Below are positions 1-12,238 of a stretch of DNA of 64,000 bases, in pieces. The translations under genes were made by a program, and so were the position numbers. Where the stretch lies: contig CM069148.1 of assembly GCA_035221665.1 (NCBI GenBank), forward strand, positions 45,136,001 through 45,200,000, written 5' to 3'. Origin of the DNA: Okamejei kenojei (Eukaryota). The notes under the pieces are model-generated. The model made no database searches. It saw only the letters and a program-made list of their open reading frames with translations, and was not told where the DNA came from. How positions within the stretch are numbered: the first letter of the stretch is position 1; every line of letters starts with the position of its first letter.

Positions 1-3000
1 CCGTCCCCTGTCCTTGGTTCTCCAACCTGTCAGATTGTCTTCCTAAATACATTTTTAATCATTGTATGCCTCATTGTCACCTTCCGCTAGCTAACAATGA
101 TTTGACTCTACATCTCCTTTGATTTTGTCCCCCTTTGATGTCTCGTTTTCACAACCTTTCCCTTCCTATCTTTGAGCCTCCCACTCCCCTCACTCAGTCT
201 GAAGAGGGCATCAACCCGAATCGTCACCGCATTCCTTCTCTCCATGATGCTGACAGTGTGGAGGCACAGGACTCCTGAATGACTACCTGTCCGCCACTCT
301 TCAGGAACTAAGCACCTGTCACACAGACCTTTTTGTTTTGCTACATTTCACCGGAGCTCTGACATTTACGTATAGAGTCCTGCCGTGGGCAGACATACCA
401 ATGCAATATCTTCCTCTAGTGAGAGCAACTCCACACAGTCATCCCAGGCTCACCGTATCGACTGTCTCGATCTTGTTTGTAAACATCCTTACTGACCACT
501 CATTATGCCCACCATTTTTGGTGTTGGTCTACAAAAGTTCTAAACAAGTTAAATACTTTGACATCCCAAATCAAATGTATGCTAAGAACAGGTGGGGACT
601 CAACACCGACCCCTGGCAGCCCCCTCGCCCACCAGACACAGGTCTCCAATCAGAAAAACAATGCACCCACCGCTAACCATTTGACAATCTTCTTCCAAGC
701 CAAGTTTGAATAGGCCCTTGGATTCTCGCTATGCAGGTTTTCCTTCCACATTCCAAACACAATGTGTATATTGGAGGGTTTAATTGGATCACTGAATATG
801 CCCCTAGGGTGGCTGGATGGAAGCACCAGGGAGAGATAGATGGGAATGTGGGGGAGAATAATTTAGGTTGGGAGAATAGAATTATGTTTAATGTGTGGTT
901 GCTGGACTCAGTGGGATGAAAGACCCATATTCCACGCGAATATGAACTTCATGGCTCGCCCTTCCCTCCTCTTTAAGAACCCCCCCCCCCCCCCCCCCCC
1001 CGGAGCACCCCCTCGGCTTTGCTGCACACTACCCCACCTCTCAACCATCTCACCCATGGATGTGTTCACTGAGCGTCTCATGGCCCGCTGTATATTCACC
1101 AGCTCATTCTCTGACAAGCGGCCGTCACTACCCCATGTGCTTCCCTGCCTGACCGATAATCCCGTCAAACCAAGATACTTCCAAGGGTAGATAGTGTCTA
1201 GAATGAGCAGGTTAATCACGACAGCTACTTACAGGAATTTGCTCATGATGTGTGCACATGATTTTTCTTGTGCAGGATTCTCATGCGGTTCGGCAATTAA
1301 TTTCCAACAAGCCAACTCGATATCCTTGCCCAATTCAACCTGGACAGTAGAACCAGCAGTAGCACCAGGCCCAGGATGGAGTTTAGGAGGACCCAACCCC
1401 GACACAGGGACAGTGTATCTGGCTGGTGCTGGGGCACATGCTGTGGGACCACAGAGTCCCATTTTGAACATTGACAAATGGCCACTGCTCCCCTGGGAGC
1501 CGCCTGTGCTGCGGTGTGGGGTGCCAGCTTGTCCCTTGAGACTCTGGGTCTGGGCCGAGCCTCCAGTCCTGACAGCAGTGGTCAGGTCCCTGGCAGGAGC
1601 TGCTGATAAGCATTATTGCATAGATCAGGTAGATCTCACATCCCTTCTCTGCAACCAACATGATTATAAAGCAGACTTTTACTTTAAATTGTCCATCACA
1701 GAACAGTGCTTGATCATAATTCTCAGAATTGTTTCCATGATACAGAATGGTCTTGCGTTCACAAATGGCCACAGGGGGGCACTGAATCACGCCTTCTCTA
1801 TAGAAACTTGTCTGACGGGGGCAAGGGATTCACCTCCCTCTCAAGACTCCATGTGGAGTTTGATTGATTTATTGTGGCCATAAGAAAAGAGCCAATGGCT
1901 TGTGTTTGCAGGTGAATCTCAGTGGTAAGTGAATTCTATATATACTGTAGCAGAATAAAGAGCTGGGGGCCCATTACCCAACTGCCAGCTCTGTGCGGTG
2001 TTCAGTTCCCTTTGCATTGTGGCTACAAACATTGTGGCTACATCAGCCAGCAAACTCAAAGAACCGAAATGTGAATCAAAGCACATGGTCCACATACCAG
2101 AACCTGACCTGGCCATTGTGACTGAATGAAGAGCATGCCTGTCATAGAACTTGAACATTCGAGAAAGAGTGTTTATCAATCTTCTACTCAACTTAACTTC
2201 TGCATAGCCCTCACACCCCTTGAATATTGTCATGTCCAAAAACCTGACAACCTCTGCCGTGACAATACATAACCCCCATGTTAATGAATTGGAGGTATAA
2301 TCTCATCTGAACTAACTCCTTGGTCTAATAATGTGGTCTCTAGTTCTAGGTCACCATTCGGATGAATCAATAGACACAAGAGACCGCAGATGTTTTTGGA
2401 GGTAACACAGCAACTAGGTATAAAGGACAGATAGTGATTGATGCCAGGGCCTTCAGACTGATGGAGTAGAGTTGGAGATAATTGTAGCAAGGTGAGGGGA
2501 CTGGGTGGGGCAAGAGCCTGCCAACTGATAGGGTGACGAGTCAGGTGGGAGATAGGAAGATGGAGATAGAAGCCAGTGTGAGGTGAGAAGTGGAGAAGCC
2601 CAAATGAGCAAATAATGAATCAGATAAGGAAAGGAAGGGTGGTGATGAAAATATAAAGCCAGTGGGAGGGAATAATTGGGAAGAATAGAACAGGGGGCAG
2701 AGATGGCAAGAAAAATATGGGGACCCAAGTAGGGAAAGGTGGAAGCCAGAGTTTGGCAAGGTCTTCCTCACTAGAAAAGTCATCTGTCCATTGTCGCCCT
2801 CCATAGATACTGCTTAACCTGCTGAACAGGTTTGTTTTCCTCGTGTCAGATTGAATCTGCCCAGTCAGCCTCCTAAGAACACTGACCTTGAAATTCTTTC
2901 ATTAAGAAGTGCATAAACTTGGTTAGCACCCAACAACAAAAGCTTTTCACTGTACCTCAACCAAACTAATCTTCCAGTTTGCAGGAACCAGAACTCAAAA

Positions 3001-5012
3001 AGAAAATGTTTGAAACCAGATAGAATTATGGAGCACGAACGGGCTCTACAGTCGACCAAGCTGTCCCTCCACCTCAAGCTCCATTACATGAACCTCCACA
3101 AACCTATTTACATTTCTCCAAGTTCCCATTAACTTCTCCCAGATATAACCACTCACTTACTCAAACGGGGCAGTTGAGGTGACTGATGTAATTGACCGAT
3201 CTACACGTCTTTGAGATGTGAGAAAGAAACTGGAGGAGTGGGGGGTGGGGGGGGGGGGGGGGGGGGGGGGAGAAGACAACCAGAGTTTAATGATTTGGTC
3301 ATGCTGCCTCTTCATCAGAACTGGAGGTTTTTCAACGCCAAGCAACTTGCACCATTCCTCCAGGCTTATAATACAACTTGGCGAATTTGACCCCGATTTT
3401 TCTGGAGGCATTCATGAGTTCTGGAAACCACGCTTTCAGTGTAGGGCTTGCCCTGATTCCAGCAATGGACCAATGGACCAATCTTCCTCTGTGATTTTAT
3501 TTCATAGTGTGAACTGGGACAGGTTTGCCACTGGAGTGCATCTTTTTAATAATTCATTCCCCGTCAAACCAATGCTTTTTAGAAGGGAACGTGCTGTGAT
3601 CATTTACAAGGGCTATGCCACACCCTGGATCCCTCACTGTCTATTCCCACAACTGCTCCAACCTTTAACACTGATCCTTCCTTGCATCTCCAATCACTAA
3701 TCTGCCAGTGAAAAGATGCTTATGCCTAACAGCTCCTTCATTGCATGAAAATGGGGGCCTAACGAGGAAGCCCCAAAGACCATTTCAGGAGGCATGTGAA
3801 GAGTTCATCCATTATACAGAGTTTATAGAGACCGGTGCTGGTAATTATAAATCTCTAAGCAACAATATTTATCCATGCGTTCTTCAGCAACACCGACTTT
3901 GCAGACCTATGGCCTACTGTGACCTCCTATAGAGTTCACCAGCTTTTGGAGGACAGTCCCAGTCACTCACCCATCATTACCCGGCCTCCAGGACCATTCA
4001 ATTTCTGTGAACGTTGCCACTTCTGTCAGGGATGCACAACCCTCAAGCGTTACCCACCCTGATTTGACTATCAATCAACCCTACGTGCACAAACAAATTA
4101 GAATTATAGTGTTTTGTGTCTACTAACTTAAGGCTGTCACGCCATAGGCCAATAAGATTAAAAAACATAGAAAATAGGTGCAAGGAGTAGGCCCATCACC
4201 ACCTACCAATTCAATTATGATCATGCTGAACATCCAAAATCATAACCTCGGTCCTGCTTTTTTCTCCATATCCTTTGATTCTGTTAGCCTTAGAGCTGAA
4301 ATTTACTCTCTCTTGAAAACAATCCGTGATTTGGCTCACTGCTTTTGCAGCAGAGAATTCCACAGATGCACAACTCTCTGGGTGAAGAGGAATTTTCCTA
4401 TCTCAGACCCTAAATGGGCTACCCCATATTCTTACACTGTGACCCCTGGTTTCAGGACCTCCCCCAACATCGGGAAAACATTGTCAGGACAGACAGAGGC
4501 TGAAGGATGTTTCAGGCCCATGGGAAAAAAAAAGGGGAGGCAGAGTGGGCGCAGCGCATCTGCCTTCTCAATTTCAGGCATTCAGACCACAACCACTCAG
4601 TGCACCTCCTTACACATGGACCTGTCACCTCTTGCCTGGATAATCTGACCCCAAGCCCCGAAGGGTCATTGTGGGGGAGAACATGCCTCCTGTGCCAATG
4701 TTTCTCCACTGGCCTGCAAAGATCTCTCAATGGGAGCATGTGCATCAGGAGGCTGCTCCCGTGATTAAATGCCAGCAGCTGACACACAATGTGAACACAG
4801 GAATTATTCAGAAATATGGCTGCAGGATTAAGCCGTGTCATGGGCTGACATGGAACCACGGTGAGACAAATAAGGAAATTGCACAGGGAAATACTTGGAA
4901 TTTAATGGTACTTTTCGCACCCTTCCCGCCAAATGAAAAATGTATTTTTCAGTTCCAATGGGTCCAAGTGGGGGCAGAGGACAGTTTGTACACTTTTAAC
5001 CAAACATGCTGC
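1..5012 (+). repeat. Indel-rich direct copy of 13484-18399 (probable false duplication at a contig end)
   Basis: Colinear with 13484-18399 from ccgtcccctg to aacatgctg. Differences are mostly scattered 1-nt indels. Ends at the N gap. Confidence 0.9.
1276..1362 (+). pseudogene. Frameshifted copy of the CPT1A terminal exon inside the duplicated block (likely artefact)
   Basis: Same acceptor (atttttcttgtgcag|gattctcat) but with 1-nt indels: tcatgcgg vs tcatcgg, aattaatt vs aattatt. Confidence 0.75.
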
Positions 5013-5512
5013 NNNNNNNNNNNNNNNNNNNNNNNNNNNNNNNNNNNNNNNNNNNNNNNNNNNNNNNNNNNNNNNNNNNNNNNNNNNNNNNNNNNNNNNN
5101 NNNNNNNNNNNNNNNNNNNNNNNNNNNNNNNNNNNNNNNNNNNNNNNNNNNNNNNNNNNNNNNNNNNNNNNNNNNNNNNNNNNNNNNNNNNNNNNNNNNN
5201 NNNNNNNNNNNNNNNNNNNNNNNNNNNNNNNNNNNNNNNNNNNNNNNNNNNNNNNNNNNNNNNNNNNNNNNNNNNNNNNNNNNNNNNNNNNNNNNNNNNN
5301 NNNNNNNNNNNNNNNNNNNNNNNNNNNNNNNNNNNNNNNNNNNNNNNNNNNNNNNNNNNNNNNNNNNNNNNNNNNNNNNNNNNNNNNNNNNNNNNNNNNN
5401 NNNNNNNNNNNNNNNNNNNNNNNNNNNNNNNNNNNNNNNNNNNNNNNNNNNNNNNNNNNNNNNNNNNNNNNNNNNNNNNNNNNNNNNNNNNNNNNNNNNN
5501 NNNNNNNNNNNN
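5013..5512. other. Assembly gap (500 N)
   Basis: Exactly 500 N. The round size suggests a scaffolding placeholder. Confidence 0.99.
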
Positions 5513-6042
5513 CATAGAGAGATAGTATTGGCGGGACAGGGATGATTGGCTGATGCAGTGTATAGGGAGTTGCAGCTAATCAAGGGGGGTAGGAGATAAT
5601 GCGTGGATGATCTTTTCAAGGTCGTCGAAAAGATCATGTATTTGCTGAAAACTAAACTGCATTTGCTAAACATCTAGAATAAAAGCAGAAAATATTGGAG
5701 ATACTCGAGATGTCAGGTAGCATCTGTGAAGCAAGAAAGGGATCAGTGATCTATAACCATTTATCAAATTTTCCAGTTCTCTGGCTGCACGATATCCAGG
5801 GTTGATCTAGAAATATTTTGCAGGTTTCCTTCGATCTCTACCCCCTTCTGTCTCAGCACTGGAGGATACATCCAACCTGGGCCACGTGGTTTCCATTTTG
5901 ACCACAGACCATCATTCTAACACCAGCCTATGTTTATTTTTTCTACCATCTTTTTACTGAGGCCTTTAACAGTATCTGCTTCCTTGGTAATGACTAGTAT
6001 AGACGTGCTCTTCAGTATTCAGCTGCTGCATTTCTGTCTCTA

Positions 6043-6886
6043 CAGACCTTCCCAACTATCCGCTTTTGGCGGGATATTCCCGCTTTTTAGTTCCCTTCCC
6101 GCCATCCCGATTTGTACCCTAATTATCCCGCTAAAATTTCTTTCCTCCCGTGGTGAACGCCGGCGCCATGTTGTCCCGGATTGCCGGCCCGCGCGATCAG
6201 CCCGGCACTTTGCCGGGCCCTAGGTGGTCCGCGGCGTGCGCAGTTGGTGGAGGGTTGCCCGGGCCCCAGTGGGCCGCGCGTGCGCAGTGGGTGAGGGTTG
6301 ACGGGCCCAGTGGCGCGCGTGCGCAGTGGGTGAGGGTTGCCGAGGCCCCAGTGGCCGCGCGTGCGCAGTTGGGGAGGGTTGCCGGGCCTGGCGCCCTTTT
6401 CGAGCCACGCCACGCCAGCCCAGAGCCGGGCGAGGTCGACGGCCCCCGCGCGATCGCGGCACTTTCTTGCCGCCAGCGGCCGCTCGCGGCAGCCCCTATC
6501 AAGTGGCACTCCCCCCACCCCCACCAGTGCGCAGGCGCAGACCCGCCGGCAACCTGGCCAAGGCGCATGTGGCCGCACCCGCCCGCCGGCAGCCGACTGA
6601 TCTGCTCCAGTCGCAGGCGCATAGCGCCGGCAACAACCCCAAGTGAGAGAATTGAAGGTGAGTCTAGTGCCAAAAAAAAAGTTTATCAAAGTTTAAACAA
6701 AGATTATAAATGTTTCAGATTACAGTACCTTTTTCACATTTTGGCAATTTAAATTACTTCTTCACAATTTAGAATTTGTGACATGGGACCCGAAAGGGAG
6801 CCGCGACATATTATGAAATTTTCATTTAAAAATATGATTTTGAGGGGAAATATTATGATTTTGACAATCAAATGTTGGGAGGTCTG
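6043..6886. mobile_element. Non-autonomous DNA transposon with short terminal inverted repeats (TIRs) and a 7-bp TSD
   Basis: Left end cagaccttcccaac; right end gttgggaggtctg (reverse complement cagacctcccaac). Flanked by GTCTCTA at 6036-6042 and 6887-6893. CpG-rich interior. Confidence 0.75.
6214..6390. repeat. GC-rich tandem repeat inside the transposon (about 42-bp unit, about 4 copies)
   Basis: Repeating unit gggcccagtggc(c)gcgcgtgcgcagt(t)gggtgagggttg(c). Confidence 0.85.
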
Positions 6887-8072
6887 GTCTCTATGTGTAG
6901 ATCACATTCTCTGTCCTATCAGAGGTCTAGTCATGACCCTGTTCAATATCTGCATTCTTATCAAAGATCTTTTGATTCCCATTACATTAACTGTGTCTTG
7001 CATGTTCTATTTTTTGTTGTTTTTCGTACTTCCTCTGCTAACGATAACCATTCAACCTGCTTGTCCCTAGTATTATCAACACTTTTTCTGCCTCTTCTTG
7101 TGTTTTTTTTTTACTTTGTTGGCCATCTAGAGAGGGTCAGACTTTATTGCCACATTCCTCTCCCCAGCCCGCCTTCCACAATGTGCCCAGACAGCTCCCT
7201 AGTCATCAGCTCAATGCAAACATAGAGTTATACAGTAATGAATCATGCCCTTCAGCCCAACTCGTCTCTGCCGACCAAGTTATCCATCTGAGCTAGGCCC
7301 ATTGGCCTGTGTTTGACCCACATCCCTCCAACCCCATCTACATCCATGCACCTGTACAAATGTCTTTTAAATGTTGTAATAGTAATTCATTTTCTATTGC
7401 TCTATTTTGGTTCACGTAACCACAATCGCACTCTTTTTGCATGGCTGTCCTTCTACGGTAAGAAGTTCCATTCCGGCTTGTCCCTTGCCCTTTTTTCATT
7501 ACAAATCCAAACCCTCTGAAGTTTTGTGGAGATCCTTCCTCCCTCCCCCCACCCCACCCCACCACACAGATGCTGTTCAACCTGCTGAGTCTCCAGTAAT
7601 TGTTTTTCCTTGGATTCTGATACAGTATCACCGTTTCCAGAGTGTTCCCCGTTGGGTTAACTGCCCACTTCGTTGAGGTCCTGCTGAGATACCAAGGCAT
7701 CTTCTTTTTGTCCCCCTACCAGTTGGCTGGTTGAAGGCAAGCTCATCCCAAGTGTCCACAGACCTCCAGGCAGTGAATACCAAGCACAGGCTCTGCTCTG
7801 CTGATTTTCCCACTGTTGCTCACTCGGGCTGGAGCCGCAGCTTCTGAGAGCAGCAGTGGTTTGGGCTGCACTCTTCCACATTTCTGATCTCTCCAAACTA
7901 GTTTATCATTCAAGGTGCCAAAAGTTGCTTTTGAAATAAGCGAGAGTGTTGGCGTAAGCCCTTCTACTGCGCTGGTGATTGATGCGTTTCTGTCATGCTG
8001 CACCGTGTCCCAGTTAAACCGGCTTCTTGCTGACTTGTTTCTCTTGTTCTCTTGTTCTCCTGCTCTCTCCAG

Positions 8073-8237
8073 TGCCAAGAGGTCATCCGTCAGTCTCTGA
8101 GCGTGGCCCAGCAGCTTGCCGATGATGTGGACTTCCACTCTTTCCCGTTTGACCAATTTGGGAAGGGTCTGATCAAGAAGTGCAGGATCAGCCCCGATGC
8201 CTTTGTCCAAATGGCTCTACAGTTGGCACATTACCGG
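8073..8237 (+). CDS. CPT1A: CPT1A coding exon (equivalent to human exon 14)
   Basis: Pyrimidine tract with AG at 8071-8072 and GT at 8238. 165 nt, phase 0/0. Encodes [55 protein letters not shown], containing the carnitine acyltransferase SPDAFVQxALQLA motif. FHSFPF is CPT1A-like. Confidence 0.95.
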
Positions 8238-9191
8238 GTATGGCATGATACTTTATTTGTTGCGTGTACTGAGGTATAGTGACATAATCTGGTATGCAGT
8301 TCAGCACAAATATCACTATACATAAGCACTTAGATACACGAGGTACGCATCTCAGATACAGTACAAGTCTACAGCAGTGGTACATTGAGACAGTATACAG
8401 AGTTGCCAGTTTGGCACCATTTTCAAGTCCCAGTTGTTGTAAGTGCAGGGTTCTTGATCCGACCATGAAGGTCTGTTGTCCTGGTGGCGTTGCAGGATCG
8501 GCCTGGCCAAGCATCGTCGTGGTGACCCCCCGCTCCCCCACCGCTATAGGCCGCGTCTGGTCCAAGTGCTCGGCCTCTTGGAGCGGCACCTGGTCAAGCC
8601 GAGCCCCAGGCTGTTGCAGGGCCTCCAGCGGCCCACTCCCTTGTCGAGGCCGTGCGCTCCCTCCCACAGCCGGTCCACTCTAGGTGGGTGAACGAGCCGG
8701 GCCTCCCGGTCACTGAGGGACGTCACCGTGATGGGATCTGGACCCTGGACTGTAGTAATGAGGAGCAGTAACGTCAAGGGTCACAGCTATTTGCTGGCCA
8801 GTAAGACAATATTCCACGGATTTTGTGTGTTTTTTAATGTAATTATTGAGTCACCAGGGCTTTGAGTGTAGTTCTATACTTCTGGCACTATTGCAGGGCA
8901 GACTGATGAGAGGATAACGTGCTGGGACAATGCCAGAGATTATGGATCAAAGAGCAGCTTGTGAGAAATAATTAACTCCTGTGCAGTTCAGGTTCTGGAA
9001 AATAGAAAGGATTATCAGAGGGTGATTAATTTTTGTTTTGCAATCTACTAAGAAGGTACATATCCTTCGAGTGACCTTTGGAAGCTTATGGGATTCACTC
9101 AGGCTGTGAACTCTCGGACCTTATAAAGGTGCCAGAGATTTGTGGATCAGGGGGTTTAAATGATGATCTACCATTTATGTTCTGATTTTAG

Positions 9192-9326
9192 GACAAGGGT
9201 AAATTCTGCCTCACCTACGAGGCCTCAATGACCCGCCTGTTCAGAGAGGGTCGCACAGAGACGGTCCGGTCCTGCACCAGTCAGTCCACCCAGTTCGTCC
9301 TGGCCATGGTCAACCCTTCTCAGATG
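9192..9326 (+). CDS. CPT1A: CPT1A coding exon (equivalent to human exon 15)
   Basis: ttttag acceptor, gtaagt donor, 135 nt. Encodes [45 protein letters not shown], with the [19 protein letters not shown] signature. Not present in the ORF track. Confidence 0.96.
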
Positions 9327-9713
9327 GTAAGTACCTTGTGATGCCCACATTGATCACACGTTCCCTTCAGGAACATGCTATCCCTGGGACCCAGGCTGGA
9401 TGTTGAAGCATTGGGTAAATCCCTTGGGATCAAGAAGTGGTTGCGGGGATTGGGATGTGGGGAGTTATCAGTGGCATTGAGGAGGCTGCTTTTGGTCTGG
9501 TCAGTCGGGGAGTGTTGTGGGGTGGGGGGTTGCGGTTTAAAGTATGAAGCTGCCAGGACTATGTTGTCTTGCTGTTACTATCTGTAGGTTTTCCAGGTCA
9601 GTGGTGACCGTGCTGTTAGGTGCGGTGCATTACCCTGGGGATGGGCAGCAGTGATGTCAAGGAAGTCATTCAATCTATTGTCTCTTTTTTTCTTCTCTGT
9701 GTCCAAATCCCAG

Positions 9714-9866
9714 AATGAAGAGAAACTGAAGTTGTTTAGGTTGGCAGCTGATAAGCACCAGAGTATGTATCGTCATGCCATGACGGGAGAGGGCATCGAC
9801 CGTCACCTCTTCTGCCTCTATGTGGTGTCCAAGTACCTGGGGGTGGACTCGCCCTTCCTGAAAGAG
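9714..9866 (+). CDS. CPT1A: CPT1A coding exon (equivalent to human exon 16), followed by a GC donor
   Basis: cccag acceptor, 153 nt. Encodes [51 protein letters not shown] (GIDRHLF motif). The in-frame donor is AG|GCAGGT. Confidence 0.94.
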
Positions 9867-10129
9867 GCAGGTGTTGTGTGTCCATGAGAACAAGAGCATT
9901 TGTGTTTCCTCCAGATGTGGAAGCGGCTCTCGGTCAGTGTATTACCCTGAAACCTCGGCCCAGGAACGCAGCAGTGCCGTCTGTTGGATGTTAACATGGC
10001 ATTAACTACAACCTCGCCAATGCTGTTTTCAAAAGCTCTGATCCATTCTCCTGTTGGACAGCATCGTATTGGCTTCTTTGTGTAACTCTTACAGCACGGA
10101 AGCAGGCCCTTCGACCCACCTTGCCTATC

Positions 10130-10930
10130 TATGCTTATCCTATTTCCCCGCATTAGATACATATCCCGTTACTCCTTACTTATCAAAGAACATCCAAATG
10201 CTTTTTAAACTTTGTGATAGTATTTGCTTCTACCAGCCCCTTTGGCAGCTTGGCCCAGATAGGCAGCACCCTCTGCGTGATCAGCTTGCACTTCAGATCT
10301 CCCCACTCAACCTAAAACTCTTCTCGTTCCAGCCTCCCTCTGCCTTTGAAAAAAGGATTCTGACTATCTATCCTATCTTTGCCTGTCAGAATTCTATAAA
10401 CCTCCACAAGGTCACCCCTGTGCCTCCTATATTCCAGTGAGAATAAACCTAATCTCTCCTTAAACTGCAAACTTCCATTGCCTCCAATATCCTGGTGATT
10501 TTTTTTCTGCACCCTCTTTATTGCTTGCACACCTTCCTATAGTGCGACGACCAGAACTACCAAAGATGCAGTCGAACCAGCTGCATCTTGTACTGCTGCA
10601 TCTTGAGCCTTATATCAGTGGCACATCTGAAACACTAAGATATCTCTGTGCATTGCTGCTCCTAATGTCCCTGCTGTTTGTTGTACAATAATTTGACTTT
10701 CCAAGGTGCATTACTTCACACTTGTATGGGTTAAATTCCACCTCCCACTGATCCATGTCAGTACTCTTAGCCAACCTTCTTTGATATCTATAACTCCACC
10801 ATTTCAGACTAGAGTGAATTTCAGATCCAGTGCAATATGCCTTGGATTTCTTGTGCCTTAACCTTCTGGACCAGCCTACCAGGTGGGACCTTTTCAAAAA
10901 CCGTATTAAACCACCTAGACAACATCCACT
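10130..10930 (-). mobile_element. Degenerate 3' fragment of a CR1-type LINE
   Basis: Minus ORFs encode LGLFSLEYRRHRGDLVEVYRIL and WEVEFNPYKCEVMHLGK, typical of the CR1 ORF2 C-terminus. Confidence 0.8.
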
Positions 10931-11478
10931 GGCCTGCCATCATTTATCTCCTTGGTTTCATCAGAGAGTCATATCCTATAACCCTAGCAAAGTGATTACC
11001 CCTTTTTAATCCCAACTTCTACGGAAATAGCCTAATTTTTCAATCCCTCCGGGACCTCATCCCTGTTTAAGGCCACAATGCTTTCCCTAATCAGCAGTGA
11101 AGCACCCCACCCCTATGGCAACCCTCATGCCTGGAACATTGGCACCAGAACATTGAGCTGCCAGTCCTGCCCTTCTTTCAACCATGTTTTTGTGATACTA
11201 ACAATATCATAATCCCATGTAAAGTTCTTGTGTTGTAATCCGATGTGACGACCTTTGCTCTCAGCTCATCCGTTTTATCTGCGCGGCTCTTTGCATTAAT
11301 AAAAATGCAGTTAAACCTATCGACCATCTCGTGCTTCCCCACCTGACGCTGCCTTCTCTTCCCACTGGACTTGCCTATTCCACTTCCTACACATGAGTCA
11401 GTCTTCCCACCCGTTCAAAGTTGACCCCTCCCCTCACGAGTTTGAAACCTCCCATGTGCCATGAACAAGCCTCCCCAG

Positions 11479-11657
11479 AAGGAGAAAACTGCAGATGCTG
11501 GTTTAAACTGAGGATAGACACAAAATGCTGGAGTAACTCAGCGGGACAGGCAGCATCTCTGGATAGAATGTCTAAAGAGGGGACCCGAAACGTTAGCCAT
11601 TCCTTCTCTCCAGAGATGCTGCCTGTCCCGCTGAGTTACTCCAGCATTTTGTGTCTA
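11479..11657. mobile_element. Short palindromic Penelope-derived element with a 9-bp TSD
   Basis: Inverted arms (tagacacaaaatgctggagtaactcagcgggacaggcagcatctctgga and its complement). Flanked by cctccccag at 11470-11478 and 11658-11666. Confidence 0.75.
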
Positions 11658-12136
11658 CCTCCCCAGGATGTTATTGGATGTTGAACCCTCCTGTGCAGGT
11701 GCAAGCTGTCCTCCTTATCCAGTTCACCCTGCCCTGGGAGAGATCCCAATTATATAAATACCAGAGGCCCTTTCACCTGTGGCAGCTCTCTAGACATGCA
11801 TTCATCTGTCCTATCTTCCAATTTCTGCACACACCAGCCTCCCTCCCTTCCAACCCATCCTCGCCCCACAGGTACATTGATGCCTGTCCGACATGCTTCT
11901 CGTTCCTCGTGCTCTGTCTGTGAATCTGTCCTTTCACACACTGCAGCACAATCTCTGCCCTTAATTCGAGGCCTGGGTTCTGAGTTTTCCTCAAAACCCC
12001 AGTCTCCCTGAGCCTCTATCACCCCCCCCCCCCCCCCCACCTCACCGCCACCCATAATCACTGAGCCCAGTACCAGGCACAATTTCATCCCTAAACCACC
12101 TCCCCCCATTTATTGTGTGACCTCTTTGCTCTGCAG

Positions 12137-12238
12137 GTCTTGGCTGAGCCCTGGAAACTCTCCACCAGCCAGACTCCAGTCCAGCAGATTGACCTCCACG
12201 ACCCTAAGTATGTGTCAAGTGGCGGGGGCTTTGGGCCG
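12137..12238 (+). CDS. CPT1A: CPT1A coding exon (equivalent to human exon 17)
   Basis: ctctgcag acceptor, gtgagt donor, 102 nt. Encodes [34 protein letters not shown] (STS carnitine-binding motif, GGGFGP). Confidence 0.95.

Noticed and set aside
1276-1362. A genuine second CPT1 paralog or pseudogene
   Set aside because: The indel-dominated differences and the position against a gap favour an assembly artefact. Not excluded without reads.
1194-1883. 229-aa ORF
   Set aside because: Chance frame in the error-rich copy of the CPT1A last exon and UTR. It is not open in the cleaner copy at about 14650-15340.
4671-5673. Long ORFs in the ORF track
   Set aside because: They are open only because they run through the 500-N gap.
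6214-6390. Regularly spaced repeats resembling a CRISPR array
   Set aside because: Vertebrate DNA, tandem units with no unique spacers, and no cas genes.
6123-6752. Overlapping ORFs of 100-200 aa on both strands
   Set aside because: Stop codons are rare in this GC-rich tandem repeat inside a transposon. No domain motifs.
9871-9872. Canonical GT donor for the CPT1A exon
   Set aside because: It gives phase 1, which is incompatible with the phase-0 next exon.
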